A DNA stretch of 64,000 bases. It comes from Cladosporium halotolerans. Lineage: Eukaryota. The notes below the pieces were generated by a model. That model made no database searches and was not told where the DNA came from. It saw only the letters and a program-made list of their open reading frames with translations. The number at the start of each line of letters is the position of its first letter. The stretch's first letter is position 1. A program made the position numbers and the translations under genes. Shown here piece by piece: positions 23,122 to 36,580 of this stretch. The stretch lies in assembly GCF_011745625.1 (NCBI RefSeq), contig NW_027191473.1, forward strand, positions 186,001-250,000, given 5' to 3'.

Positions 23122-24155
23122 TCAGAAGACAAACGGTACCATCCTCCACCTGCCTCTGAGAGATTCCTTGCCAAATTTTTGCCTGTACCAATCATACGTC
23201 CCATGCGCAGTAACGCCCAGATTGACAGCTACGAACAAAAGAGCGCATGATACCGTGCCGTTGAGCCATTGGCCCGATGGCGCGGCCATACCTGCCAACG
23301 AGAGATAGATGATACATTCAGCGAAGTAATGAGGCGTCAAAGTCAGGTGGAAAGCAGGGTGATTGGGTAGTTTGTAGTCGGTCTTTCCATCTTTGTTGTT
23401 GGCGCCGGTTGGTTTGAGAGAGGCGAGGTACGCGTGGCAATCGTGCTGGATGCCGGAAGCGAACATGAAGACGGCGAGCGTGACGAATGTGCGAAAGCTC
23501 GGTGTTTGAATCGATAAATCGATCAGCGTGAGCTTGTGCTTTTGCAGTGCCCGTGCGCCTTCGATCCAGATGGCGATGTTCAGGCCGACGTAGAAGGCTA
23601 GGCCGATAGCCCAATGGCCAACCCACATGGTGCTCTTTGAGGGACGCGAGAAGGCGTGGCATTCGTAGAGGCGACGGCATCCTTGGGCGAGCACGGCTAT
23701 CCAGGTGATCACGACCTGGTTGAAGGTTATGGAAGAGCGCCAGGAATTGATAAGAGCAGCGAATTGCGTGGTGACGGGACCGGAGAGAACATAGTCGGCA
23801 GCGCAGATAAGGGAGCAACAGACTGAGACAGCATAGAAGGATATGAACCAGCTGTGAGGGACCTCCAGGGTCGCCAGCTGGTCCAAGGCGGTCTCGATAG
23901 CGTTGCCGGACTTGTGGGAGGCACGCTTCTCCTGCTCGGCTGAAGAGATATTCGAAGATGCGCGGGCACCGTAGGCGAGGAAGCGAGAGCGGAATGCCGG
24001 AGTAAAGAAAACAAGATAAACCTACCTTTTCGATCAGCCTGGGTTCAGGCGTGCAAATCTACAGATTGAATGCTCACGCCTCCTGCGGCTACTACGAAGG
24101 CCAGTCGGACGAGGTCCACGGCGTCCAGGTCAAGGTCCAGGTGGGACGGCAACAT
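23122..24155 (-). CDS. DFG10: Polyprenol reductase (steroid 5-alpha-reductase family), 2 exons
   Basis: Intron 24077-24022 gives RSRFLAYGAR, followed by VPHSWFISFY, RRLYEC, QHDCHAYLASL, PHYFAECIIY, WYRQKFG, RWRMVPFVF. Confidence 0.88.
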
Positions 24156-24656
24156 CTCACAGCATGTGGCGGAGAGTTCGTGACGTGCTTGCTGCTGCTG
24201 AGCGCCAGATGAAAAATCGATATATGCACGCGCCGGGGCCGAGGCAGGTTTATGAAGCACCCCGCAGTCTTGCCGTGTGCGGAAAGCGTGTCACAAGCGA
24301 TATTGGGCGAGCTGCAGGGAGGTATCAGGCGGGCGAGGTGGTATAGATTGAGGGTGGTGGCATTGGTGGACGGCGAGGGGGAGCTGCAGCCAGCGAGTCC
24401 TGCAGGCCAGCGAGCATCAGGCGGGGCCGAAACACAAAACGCGGCCCGCCTGCTGTGTCTCGACCTCGAGCTGGCGTCAGCGACGATCAGCAGAGCACCG
24501 CGTTGCATCGCGAGTAACAGTCACACCAGCTGCCCTGCGCCGGCGCATACCGTAAGATCTCGCACATCAATTGCTCTGCGCCGAATGCGCAATAATCTCG
24601 TTCGTCACCACAGTCCGTTGCATGCCATGCGCTGCTAGCGCAACGCGCCAACCATC

Positions 24657-27071
24657 ATGTCGTTCAGCCTGTCCTCGCTGCTCAACGCCGACGCGCAACA
24701 GCAGCAGCAACAGCAACACCAGGCGCAACAGGAAGGCCAGCGGTCTCCCACCAGCCTGCGCAAGGAATCGCCGCCCTCTAAAGCCCATCTCCAGTCCCCC
24801 GAGCAGCATCACGTCAGTCTCCCGCAATACACGCCTCCCCCGAACATCCACCGCACGAGCCCGCCGCAAGCGCAGGACGCTATCCATGCGCTAGCATCGC
24901 TCTCCGCCAGCACCGCGCCGCCTCCAACACAATGGAACGGCCACACAGCACCTCAGGGCGAGCGCCACGTGAGGCGGGAATCCATCGACAGGCGACCGAG
25001 TAGTTCGCACATTTCGCACATTGAGTTGCCTCCTCCTCCGCCGGCCGATGCGCACAGGAAAATGAGCTCGCCGACCCTCGACCAGTATCATGTGGCATCA
25101 CGCTCGCCTGAGCAGAGGAAAGCCTCACTCGTCGCAGGCGATGCGACTTTCACGTTGCCGCCGATGCAGCATGTGACATCGCCGACACAGGATAAGGTGA
25201 GGCGGCCGTCACTTGTGAGCGAGCAGCTCTCGCCTGGCTCAAGACCGGCGACACATGAGTCTGGAGGCTCACTAGCACAGACTGAAAGAGAAGGCAAACC
25301 AAACATTGAAACCGAGCCTTCTGGATCCCATGCGCCAATCCCGTCAATCTCCGAACCTTCAAATGCCATAAAGGAAGACAACTGGGATCTGTCGCCCGCG
25401 CACATCAAGCAAGAGCCTCTCGCGACACCACAAGCTACCTCCCCAGTTGACGCCAGACGTCCGTCAGTACAGCTCAACGACATGGCACCATCCAGCTCAA
25501 AGACACTCAACTCGCTCAAGCGCGAAAATAGCACTAGACACCAGTCGCCGCTCAGGGAATCGTCTGTGCCAATGCCCTCCACCGAAGATGTCCTCGCCGA
25601 GTCCACTGTCCCGAAGAAGCGTCCTCTACCGAAGAAGAAGGGAACTGCGACTGTCACGAAGAAGGCACCGCCCGCGAAGAAGCGCAAGGTCGAATCTATC
25701 CGCTCTGATACACCCTCCTCTCGCGTATCCAAGCCCGGCCTGAAGACAGGCAGCGGTAAGGGCACACCGATCAACTCATCCCCCGCTCCGTCAAACCGCT
25801 CTGGCTCCATGGATCCCGATGACGAAGAAGAGGAGGAAGAGGAGGAAGGCACACCCGTCAGCGACGACCTCTACTGTCTCTGCAAAAGACCAGACACAGG
25901 CACATTCATGATTGGCTGCGACGGGACGTGCGACGACTGGTTCCACGGAAAATGCGTCGGCATTGAAGAGCGGGACAAAAACCTCATAGACAAGTACATG
26001 TGTCCGCGCTGCACAGACGCCGGCATCGGCAGAACAACATGGAAGCGCATGTGCCGTCGCTCAGGTTGCAGGCTGCCCGCGCGCGTGGGAAAGAACAAGA
26101 CCGGCAAAGAGGGCAGCAAATACTGCTCGGATGAATGCGGCGTCGCTTTCTTCCGCCAGATGACCGCCAACACCCGCGGCCGCGAGGCCGCCGCAAAGAA
26201 CCGCTCCACCCGCCACAGGCCCAGCCATCACGCGCCGGAATCCCACGCAGCAGCGCCCGACCAAGGCGCCCGCGGCGGCGTCCTCGCCCCCTCCGAAGTC
26301 CGCGCCCTCCTCGACTCCTCCCACTCCCTCACCGACTTCAAAAAACTCGGCGAAGGCGTCCTCAGCCCGCCCGCCACGCCCGACAGCAAGGCCAACGGCT
26401 CCTCGTCCGCCGCGCCCCAAAGCCAATTCACGGACCCCGAGCAGGCCGCCCTGGCTTCCATCGCGCGCGAAAAGAACGCCTCCCGCGCCCGCCACCAGCT
26501 GCTCAAAGACCGCCTGAAGTTCATCAACATGGCCAAGCAGGCCGCGGCCCGCGCCTGCACGGAAAAAGAGCTCAAGCCAAAAGACTACTGCGGCTTCGAC
26601 CCTCGGCTGGAGTGGAGCGAGGAGCGCTTCGCGTCGTGGCGCGCGAGCGCGGCGGGCGTAAGGGCTTTCGAGCTCGAGACACTGGCCGTCGAGGGCGCGG
26701 ACGAGATGGCGGATGTGGAGCAGGGGGAGCAGGCGGGCGAGGTGTGCGATAGGAAGAAGTGCGCGCGGCATCACGATTGGCAGAAGTTGGCGACGGATGA
26801 CGCGCGGTTTGAGATGGGGGATAATGGGGACCGGATGAGGGCGCTGGATCGTGAGGAGCGGGAGATCCGTGAGAGGGCGGCTATGAGGGCTAGGGCGGGT
26901 GGGGAGTTGCAGGGCGAGGGGAGTGTGGAGGTGCATGGGTTGGGGATTCAGGTCGATGGTGGTAGTGGAGAAACGGTGAAGGGAGCTGTAGATGCAGAGG
27001 TGCCGGTGCCGGAGAGCGTTGTGCCTGCCGTGCCTTTGAGTGAGGTTATGCAGGTTGATGCATCGGCTTGA
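24657..27071 (+). CDS. SPP1: COMPASS/Set1C PHD-finger subunit Spp1
   Basis: 804-aa ORF with PHD finger YCLCKRPD..FMIGCD..CDDWFHGKCV..YMCPRC, then CRRSGCRLPAR, SKYCSDECG, CGFDPRL and KKCARHHDW. Confidence 0.88.
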   Translation: MSFSLSSLLNADAQQQQQQQHQAQQEGQRSPTSLRKESPPSKAHLQSPEQHHVSLPQYTPPPNIHRTSPPQAQDAIHALASLSASTAPPPTQWNGHTAPQGERHVRRESIDRRPSSSHISHIELPPPPPADAHRKMSSPTLDQYHVASRSPEQRKASLVAGDATFTLPPMQHVTSPTQDKVRRPSLVSEQLSPGSRPATHESGGSLAQTEREGKPNIETEPSGSHAPIPSISEPSNAIKEDNWDLSPAHIKQEPLATPQATSPVDARRPSVQLNDMAPSSSKTLNSLKRENSTRHQSPLRESSVPMPSTEDVLAESTVPKKRPLPKKKGTATVTKKAPPAKKRKVESIRSDTPSSRVSKPGLKTGSGKGTPINSSPAPSNRSGSMDPDDEEEEEEEEGTPVSDDLYCLCKRPDTGTFMIGCDGTCDDWFHGKCVGIEERDKNLIDKYMCPRCTDAGIGRTTWKRMCRRSGCRLPARVGKNKTGKEGSKYCSDECGVAFFRQMTANTRGREAAAKNRSTRHRPSHHAPESHAAAPDQGARGGVLAPSEVRALLDSSHSLTDFKKLGEGVLSPPATPDSKANGSSSAAPQSQFTDPEQAALASIAREKNASRARHQLLKDRLKFINMAKQAAARACTEKELKPKDYCGFDPRLEWSEERFASWRASAAGVRAFELETLAVEGADEMADVEQGEQAGEVCDRKKCARHHDWQKLATDDARFEMGDNGDRMRALDREEREIRERAAMRARAGGELQGEGSVEVHGLGIQVDGGSGETVKGAVDAEVPVPESVVPAVPLSEVMQVDASA

Positions 27072-27856
27072 TGGGCGTGATGAATGTGGTCTGCTGGCGG
27101 CTACCTTACGACGAAAGCGCTTGAAAAAGTCAAAGATCTACTGATAGGCACGATTGAAGCATTCCAAATATCCATATAGTCAGCTCTCACGTAATGAGAC
27201 CTTACAATGCGCCCATCCGAACGTTTCTCACGATTGCTGAAAGGTCGCTTGCCTGTCGCTCGCAACCCGCTTGCACCAGCATCCACCGTGGCGATTGGTC
27301 CGGCTGCTTCCGGCGCTAGCTGCGGGCTTTGTGAGACTCGAGATTCATGTCCGGGGAATATCTGTTTCGACTACAGAGGTGGCCGGCAGGGAAGGATGAC
27401 AGTTCATGTATTGCTGCGGATGATAGTCCGAAAGGCAGGATCAAGGTCGACCGTATCCCTGAAGAGAAGCAAAGCTCCATCAACAGGATAGGCACGAATA
27501 CTAAAAAGGAGAAGAAAAGTCCAAGAAATAAGCATCTGAAATTCATGTTTGCGTTTATCTTTTTCTCTCCCTTTCCTGATTGAATGCTCCATCGATCCGA
27601 TGGAAAGTTCTCGCCGGGAAAGGCCCAACGCATCTCTCCTGCCCTAAAAGCCCGAAGCCTTGACTATAATGGTTCACCCCACCAACAACGTGACAACCAT
27701 CCTCCAGGCCATGCGGACATCTGATCCGCGTGAATTACAAGCTCTCCAACGTAATCACGTCAAACTATCCCTTCTAGTAGGGCCAGGCGGCAAGACTCTA
27801 CGCGCAGCCAGACGACCCTTCGGCTGCCTGCGGCCGGCGTGTAGCATGTGGACGTC

Positions 27857-30020
27857 CTAAGTCTCCATGACATCGCCGGCGGCCTCCGAGCCGGTGCCCT
27901 TGGCGGCGGTCGAGGCGAAGAAGCGCACGTCGACGTCCTCGTCCTGCATGAGCTTCTCGAGGGGCGGCAGGATGTCGCTCTGGATCAGCTGCTGGCCCTT
28001 GGGCGAGCCCTCGGCAGAACCGGCGCGGCCTTCCTTCTCAAGCTGCGCCAGGGTAGTCGTGCTGTCGTCGGGGATGCGGCGGAGGATGTCAACCAGGACA
28101 GCGTAGGACTTGGCGACGTTGAAGCGGATGTTAGGAATGGGGTCGCTGACGAGTTGCTGGAGAATGGGGAGGACGGAGCGGGCGAGGACTGGGAGGGAGA
28201 GCGCCGGGGCAAGAGTCTGGTTACAAAGTTAGCAAAGTCGCTGGAAGTCTGTTTCTTGAGGTGTAGACTTACCGATACTGCGAAACAGGTCGTCATTCTG
28301 TAGAGGTAGTTGGGGTGCTCGGCCATGGCAGCAACCTTGGGCACAATAGCTTCGCTAGCCCACTCGACGCCAAAGACCTCTGTGAGCTTCTTCAGGTTCT
28401 GAGTGCTGGCCTCACGGATGCTGAAGACGGTGTCGCCAAGCCAGGACATGCACAGGTTGCTGAGCTTCTCATCGAAGAACTTGACGCCGAGCTGGCTGGC
28501 AAGTAGCGGCACGTACTGGATAATGGCCAGGCGTACACGCCACTGCTTATCTTCGGCCAACTGAACGATCGCAGGGAGGAGAGACTGGGAGAGCAGATCA
28601 ATGCCGATGACGTCGTTGACTTGCTCAAGCTTTGAGATGATGTTGAGGCGGACATCCGGGAATTCATCCTTGAGCATCTGCAGGAACATGGGAAGCAGGT
28701 GCTCGGTTGTCTCCCGCTTGCCAAGAATAGGAGCGAGGCCGCTGATCTGAGTGCCGAATGCGGCGCGAACGTGTTGCGAGGAGTCGGTGACCAGCTCCTC
28801 AACGGCAGGCATGATGTCTTGAAGGAGGGCTTGGCGGTCGACCAATTGGCAGAAACCTACTCTTGTTAGTGTCAATCCCCCGACCAAGGATCACGGTGAA
28901 CTCACCAGGAATCTGTCCTGAGATAGCAGTTCTAACCTCAGCCTCAGTATCTTTCAGCAGCTTCACGAAAGCCGGGACAAGGTCTCGCGCAACCACTTCG
29001 TCGTCCACAGCCTTTGCGATCTTCTCAAAGCGATCTGCCACCATGTACCGCACCCTCCAGCTCTTGTCCTCGAACAGACTCCTCAGCGCCTGCAAGAGCA
29101 CGCCGTGGCTGCTCTGCTGCTCCTTAGGTACACCCTCGGCGATCGCGATCAGGACTTCCACAGTGAGCAATCGGACGCTATCCTGATCGTCGCCAGCAAG
29201 ATGCTGGAAAAGCGGAATCATATCGTCGATGACGATTGACGCGGGCATGCTCTTGACGAACTTTGCGAGGTTGTTCGCTGCTTGTCTCCTGACCATCGGG
29301 GTCTCATCGTGGACGAGCTGGGAGTAATGTTGCCTCAGCTGCTCCTGATATTGCGGGCTGGCGTGCTGGTAAGGTGTGTTGTACAGGCCGGTGGCCGAGA
29401 TCTTCGACGTGAACCAGTCGGCCTTCGAGAGGCGGAATGTGAGGGGGATAAAGTGCTCTTCGACTTGCTTCTGGCTGAGCTGCTCGCAGATCTTGTTGAG
29501 AGACTCGACGGCCTGGTGTTGTCAGCAAGTTGCACCGTATTGCCTGCAAGAATGGTTCGCTAACCTTGTCACGGACTAGGGGCTCCTCGATGGTTGCGAG
29601 GTTCTCCAGGGGGGAAAGAAGGCAGTGGCCGTAGTCGGGACCGCCCACGTATTCAACGAAGCCACCAAGCTCGTCGCTGAGTGCGGTGAGAACCTCATCT
29701 TCATCCTCTACAGACTCTATAGGAAGAGTTAGTACAAGTCACAACCTGTGTCGATTTGGAAATGCGCACCATCCAAGAAGGGTATCAGCTCCTCGCGAGT
29801 CCGCTCCGGGCCAAGTGCGAGAGCAATGGTAGAGAGTCTGCGGATAGCGTTCAGGCGGAGGAGGACATCGTCGTGCTACATCCGCATGTCAGTCTCGAAA
29901 CTATCCTATGACGGCACCGCGCACCGCGCCTGCCATTTCTTTCTTGTATCTTCGTACCTTCAACTCATCGATGAGAACGGCGATCGGGTACAGCTCGTCG
30001 CCTTGGTCTTGTCCCTCCAT
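27857..30020 (-). CDS. TPD3: Protein phosphatase 2A scaffold (A/PR65) subunit, 6 exons
   Basis: [90 protein letters not shown] repeats. Five GT-AG introns; TAG at 27857. Confidence 0.97.
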
Positions 30021-30690
30021 GATGTGTATGGATCACGTGCGGTTGTGCGATGGGCAAAGGAGTGGATGGCCGTGGTACAGGACTTGCGGGGTCTGTCCTG
30101 CTTTCACAGCCTGCGCGGGCGAGAAGCGGCGGCGAGGGAGAGGTCGACGACTAGTCTCTTGACTGAGAGAGGTATCTGTGGTCAGGCAGCGGTCTTAGCT
30201 AGGTGCTCTTGCTGCAGGTGGACGGAGTGAACGATTCAGAGTGCCGGCATCGGGGTTGAGGGTCGGTGAGCTCTGGAGAGCGGGAGGCACATGCGCGCAC
30301 GTCTGGGGCGGCGCTGCAGGTGATGCGATGCGCAGACTCACCAGGGAGGGGTGGTGGAGCGGCGTACAGTGTCGGGCGGTGTGATGGTGGGTGCGTGAGC
30401 AGTAGGGCGGTGGTATGCGGGCTTTGGTGGGTGTAGTCGTGTTATTGCGTCGTCTGCTCGCTGGAGCTTGCGGGCCTGGTGGGATGGGGGGCGTGCGCAG
30501 AGTCTCCGGCAGGTGTGGCGCTGACGCCACGCTTGCTGCCCTCCAGAATTTTGATATGACTCCATACGAAAAGGGCCCTAGCGACATTGGCCGGCGGACC
30601 TGAATATCGGGAAATTCAACGCAAACACCAACGCCAAAAGGGCACATTTAGATATCACACCTTGGCCAGGATCTCGAGGACACCGCCAGG

Positions 30691-32575
30691 ATGCCGACCA
30701 TTTCCGTGGACAAAGCCGCCCTTTACAAGGCCCTGGGCAAGGAATACACCCGCGAGGAGTTCGACGAGCTGTGCTTCGAGTTCGGCATTGAGCTTGACGA
30801 TGACACTACCGGAATCGAGGAGCCTGCGCAGCTCAAAATCGAAATTCCGGCCAACCGATACGACATGCTTTGCTTCGAGGGAATCGCCATGAACCTGAAC
30901 GTCTTCCTTGGCAGGCAAGAAGTGCCGCAGTACAAGCTTAAGGCTCCCGCGGATGGAAAACTCCTGGAGGTGACGGTCAAGCCTGAGACTCAGCAAGTGA
31001 GACAATACTTCTCATGTGCCATTCTCAGAGGCATTAAATTCGACGAGGCCAAGTACGCAAGCTTCATCTCATTGCAGGACAAGCTGCACCAGAACCTGGC
31101 GAGACAGAGGAGTCTGGTCGCCATTGGCACACATGATCTTTCGACACTCAAAGGACCATTCACATACGAGGCTCTGCCGCCCGATCAAATCAAGTTTGCG
31201 CCACTCAACCAGACAAAGGAGATGAACGCTACCGAGATGATGGAGTTCTACGAGGTGAGTGGCAAAGGTCTCATATTCAAGCTAGCCATATTTACTAACG
31301 CCTTCGCAGAAAGATCTTCAGCTGAGGAAGTACCTACCGATCATTCGTGACAAGCCCGTTTACCCTATCATCTACGACGCCAACCGCACAGTTCTGTCCA
31401 TGCCGCCCATCATCAACAGCAACCACTCCAAGATCACCCTCAACACTACTGATGTCTTTATTGATATCACTGCTACCGACAAGACCAAGCTGGAGATTGT
31501 CAGCCAAATCCTTGTCGCAATGTTTTCCCCCTACTGCAGCGAGCCTTACACCATCGAGCCCGTCCGCATCATCTCTCCCCACAACAACGAGACCCGCGAG
31601 TCACCTGACCTCAAGCCTCGCCCCAGTCAAGCGAGCGCCAAGTTCATCAACTCCGTCTGCGGCCTGGAGCTCTCTCGCGAGGAGATCTGCAGGATGCTCA
31701 GCAAGATGTGCTACACCGCCAAGCCTTCTGCCACAGACGCCGACAAACTAGACATTGACATCCCCATCACCCGTGCTGATGTCCTGCACCAAGCCGATAT
31801 TATGGAGGATGTCGCTATCGGCTACGGCTTCAACAACCTTCCCCGGAACTTCCCCTCGATCTCTAGCACAGTTGCTGCCGCACTCCCAATCAACAAGCTT
31901 GCCGACATTGTCCGCAATGAATCCGCCATGGCCGGCTGGAGTGAGGTCATGCCTCTCATCCTGTGCTCACACGACGAGAACTACGCCTGGCTGAACAAGA
32001 AGGACGACGGCCTTGCTGTGCGTCTGCAGAACCCCAAAGCCCTCGAGTACCAAATCGTCCGCACATCACTTGTTCCCGGCCTTCTCAAGACCATCCGTGA
32101 GAACAGGCGCCATGCGGTCCCTATGAAGATCTTCGAGGTTTCGGACATTGGCGTGAAGGACGACAGCCTGGAGCGCAGAAGCAAGAACATTCGCCACTTC
32201 GCCGCCGCTTGGTACGGCAAGTCAAGTGGCTTCGAGCAGGTCCACGGTCTGCTCGACCGCATCATGCTAATGCTCAGATCTGCTTTTATCACCCGCGAGG
32301 AAGGCCTCAAGAACACTAAGCTCCAGGGTTACTTCATCGAGGAGCTCAACGGTATGTCAAAGCTTTTCCCACGACACTCTGTATGCACAACTGACATGAA
32401 CTTCCCAGACCCCTCTTACCTCCCCGGACACGCCGCTGCCGTTTTCCTGCAGCTCTCTGGCCAGAAGCCCCAGCAAGTCGGCAGCTTCGGTGTGATGCAC
32501 CCCACTGTGCTCAAGAACTTCGACCTGCCCTTCCCCACGTCTACCCTCGAGCTCAACTTGGAGTACTTCCTGTAG
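30691..32575 (+). CDS. FRS1: Cytoplasmic phenylalanyl-tRNA synthetase beta subunit, 3 exons
   Basis: [70 protein letters not shown]. Introns ~31255-31309 and ~32352-32409. Confidence 0.97.
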
Positions 32576-33433
32576 ATCCCTCGCCTCCTGAAGGGTTGTG
32601 ATTCCTACGGAAGCGTGAATTGGAGACGTGTGCCATGATATAGCATGATATAAAACCAGTACAATGAGAAGATGGTTGAGATGAATAATCATTGGATTGA
32701 GTTTGAGGGCATCGCCTCATCAGAATGCAAGATAGACACTCTTCCGACGTTGCCAATGCACCTGTTCGCCGCAGAAGCCGGCTGGGGTTCATTACTCCAA
32801 CCATACGTGCTTCAGTGCATTTGACTTCTTGAACCCAGCATTGCGGGTGCGTGAGGACAGCATCCGCTGGGCCTCGTCGCATCGCGATTTCCTGCTGCAA
32901 AACCACCAACGCCGCGTCTTTGTGGTCACAAAGTTCTTTGTAGCGTCTGCAGTATGGATGGGAGAATTGCAATACACTCGAATCAGACAATGCCCAGACA
33001 CATTAAATTGGCACAGCAACCTCACACTAGGCTGCTGGCGTTTACGGCGCCAGAATAGCGCCAGTGAACATGTCCTGTGCTACCAAGAGACGCTGTTTCC
33101 ATCTGAGTTTCGAATGAGGACACTCCCTTGATTATCCATTTGACCAACGCTCGTTCTCTATTTGTTTCTTCCTACAAAGCCCTTGTTCCTGCGCTCCCAA
33201 AAATAATTGGCTTTCGCTATGAGGACAAGGCTAGCATCGCCCAAAAACTCAGCAGAAAACCCGTTCCCTATATCATGAAGGCCCCCGTTGCCTCTCACCG
33301 AGTTTCTCGATCACCCTTCTCAAAGAGCCAGGTCCCCAATTGAGCTGCTACCATAACGTATACACTCAAAAGGCCTCCAAACACGACCACAGACCAAAGA
33401 ACACGCACCACCACCAACAACAACAACAACAAA

Positions 33434-33952
33434 ATGGCCTTCTCAGCCACCATCCCCGCCTCTGTCCTCTCCGCGATCAACAGCCTCCACCTCGAAAGGG
33501 CTGAAAACCTCGAGGTCTACGCCTCCGCCTCCCCTCTCACGGCACAAGTCGCCCGCGAAGCAGCGGCCCTCGCGACGCAAATCAGCATTACGCCGGAGGC
33601 CACAGAAACATCATCTCCCGCGCTGAGCTCTCTCGCCGCCAAATCCGCCTCGCAAGCCGCGGCACTCATCTCCCGCTCCAAGAAGGCGCTCGTCAAAGCC
33701 TGGAGCACGCACTTGAGCCGCGGCAAAAAGACCACCGCGCGGATGTTCGCGGGCAACCCGATCCCGGCAATTGTCTGTGGGAGTGAAATCCTGTTTGATC
33801 CGAGGGAGGAGGTCGCGAAGCCGGCGCGGCCGTCGTTCATCGTGCACCGCGTGAGGTTCGAGGCGGATGGCGAGGAGAACGATCCGTACAGGCCGATGAG
33901 GGTGTTGGCGATTGCGCAGAAGTTGATGATGGAGAGGAGGGGGTGTCGGTGA
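33434..33952 (+). CDS. Hypothetical protein, 172 aa
   Basis: ATG in good context (CAAAATGG) after a (CAA)n leader, with GC3-biased codons. No recognisable domain. Confidence 0.55.
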   Translation: MAFSATIPASVLSAINSLHLERAENLEVYASASPLTAQVAREAAALATQISITPEATETSSPALSSLAAKSASQAAALISRSKKALVKAWSTHLSRGKKTTARMFAGNPIPAIVCGSEILFDPREEVAKPARPSFIVHRVRFEADGEENDPYRPMRVLAIAQKLMMERRGCR

Positions 33953-34358
33953 GGTAGTGTGATGCTGGCTCTCGCGTCAGAGGGTGACTTGGGATGTTTT
34001 TGGCAAGCCTTGGAGTAGTGTCAGTTGCAGTTGTTGCTGTTAAGGCGCAGGCGTTTGATCTTTCCGAAAACAAGACAAGGAGAAGCCGAAAATAGGCGTT
34101 TCTCTGCGGCGCGTATCTTCGAATTGCTGTTCATGCGAGCTGGTAGCTGCCTCGACGAGCAGACTCCGCCAGGGACATCATGGAACGGAGCTCTGAAGGG
34201 TCTCAAATGGTGTGGTCTTTAGTTGCAGTTGCTTATTTGTGATCACTGCAGAATAAAGTAGTTTTGCAATTTTGATGTTGTTACACAATTACCGATTTCT
34301 CTCTGCGTCCCCTCGCTCTTATTATAGTGTGCTCTCGCTCCACCCTTTTAAAACACGC

Positions 34359-35999
34359 CTAGTAAAGACCCGGCCAGATGCGCCACCTGACCTTCTCGCA
34401 GTACTTCTCCCAGTCCTTGCGGTACTTGCGCCTGCACTTCTCCTCGTCACGCATCTCGCGGTGGATGAGCAAAACGGCAAAGTAGAGCATGTAGAAATAA
34501 GTGATTGGGATTGCGTATCCCTTGATACCCTCTTGGGACACGAGGTTGGTGCCTGGATAGAGGATGGAGGGAGTGACCTTGTAGCCCGCGGCCAGAGTCG
34601 GCAGGCAGTAGGCCCAAGACATGAGCCAGTCGCCCAGGTAGTTAATGTGACGCGCGGTGCCCCACCAGCCGGTAGTTAGGAGGCGAGAGCCGGCGGCGGT
34701 CTCCATGTATTGCAAGTGGGCGACCTTGGGATCGTTGGGGTTGGTGCGGAAGCGGTTCTTCTCGTTGTTGGCACCGCGGAAGATGTAGTACCCTAAGCCC
34801 TGAATACCGAGGATGCCGATCACGTAGAGGGGGCCCAGAACGACAGGGTGAACGCTGAGGTAGCGTGCCTGGATAGAGTAGGAGAATGGCACCCAGACGA
34901 GATCGCCGAATGAGAGCATGAATCCGAATCCATCATTAATGATGTCGATGGTGGTCAGAATGGCAGGCTCCATCCACAGAGCGTCGAGGATATAGACACC
35001 TTGAGAGATAGTGACAATGACTGCACGTCTATTAGCAAATGCAGAGAAACACCATCCGGGGAGTGCACTTACGCATCGAGTCAGTGACGTATCCGTAGGT
35101 CTTGTATTGCTTCGCCATGAACGCCAGATCAAGGATCAGCCAGCCGAGCATACCGGGTCTGAGCTCCATCCACGCCTTGATATCGACCTCACCCGCAAAG
35201 GGAAGGGTGACGCGAGGGTTGAGCTCGCGACCAATGAACCAATCGTAGATGATGTTACCGCTGTGTCCACCAGCTGCAAGCTCGCGCATCTCATTGTTGC
35301 CGCGCTTGACAGAGAAAGAGCGCACATAAACGTAGACGGCCAGAAGGAAAGAGATCAAAAGGTTCGAAGAGGCGAGCCCAAGGTAATTCCTGTTGATGAA
35401 GGACCAGACGGGGAAGTCAGCGCCCTGCAAGAGAGTGCCCGCGGCGCAGATCGCGAGGATAGTCATGGCGGACGAGAAAGCTGTTCGCAGTCAGCCCATG
35501 TGCTCCCTATTCCGGTTTTCCTGAGTGTCCATACCATTGAATCTATACTTCAGTCTTCCTCCAGTCCTGAGCTCGGTGCCCTCAACCTCTTGCGCTGGAA
35601 GCGCTGCGTAAAGGAATAAGCTGAACGCATACCAGGCCAAGGAGCCCAGCATGCCGTTCACAGTGACCAAACCCGACCAGCCTGGCCATCCCACCTCCTT
35701 CGCGAGGACCGACGTCGCGTGCTCCCATGCGGTCTGGGTGGTGTAACCAGGAGGCGTGAAGAGCTTGCTGGGGCTCAGGAGAGACGGTACCGGGCAGCCA
35801 GAAATGTCATTGCAGAGGAAGGTGAAGGCGTAGACGGCGACTGGGCAGCCGATTGAGATGAGCGCGGCGCCGATTCTGTGCTCGTGTCAGCTGTACGACG
35901 CGTCGGAGTGAATGCATGGGTGGCTTACGGGCCACCAAACTCGAACCCATGAGGCTCTTCTGCGGCAACAGCCTGTTTGGTCGTCTTTTTAGGCGGCAT
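34359..35999 (-). CDS. ERG24: Delta(14)-sterol reductase, 4 exons
   Basis: FEFGGP, GTELRTGGRLKYRFN, GNIIYDWFIGRELNPR, ELRPG, DIINDGFGFMLSFGD, RHINYLGD, LIHREMRDEEKCRRKY. Introns 35928-35876, 35534-35481, 35072-35021. Confidence 0.95.
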
Positions 36000-36580
36000 T
36001 CTTGATCGAGCCCCAGAGTTGAACTGTACGTGTTCGAGACGGCAGGTCGCGAGTGGAGGGGCGAGAGGGGGCGGGCACGCGCTGCTTTTGGTAAATTACC
36101 GTTGGTCTGACGTCGATCGACCGCGCTTTGAAGTCCGAACCAAATCGTACGAGGCTTCGGCTTTGCAGATGGCCGTGCGCAAGATCCAAGCAATCACCAC
36201 ATATCGAACGACGACGCTACTATCACTAGGCTCGAAGTACACGCATGTCATTGCTTGGCTAACGATTGTTATGCTGCTGCTGCCAATTGTAGTCTTGGAA
36301 TGCTGACCACTCGACTTAGACGCAGTTGTTTGGAAGAGGGAAGTGCTATTTTGAGCTCATTCACATACTACAGTCAGTGGGTCAGCTAGGCAACAGCCAG
36401 GTGACTTATACCATGTCAGTGAAAGCATGTGACAGGGTAGATGTACTCCTTTTTTCAATCTACTGATAGGTAGAAACACCAAGCAACATCTTAATCTTAA
36501 GCTCCAACACATGGAGCCCAGCGCTCTCCTCGACCCAATATATGGAACCCTGGACCAATTTCTCACCTCGGAGCACATCT

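Noticed and set aside
32553..33343. Small ORFs downstream of FRS1
   Set aside because: No codon bias or domain evidence.
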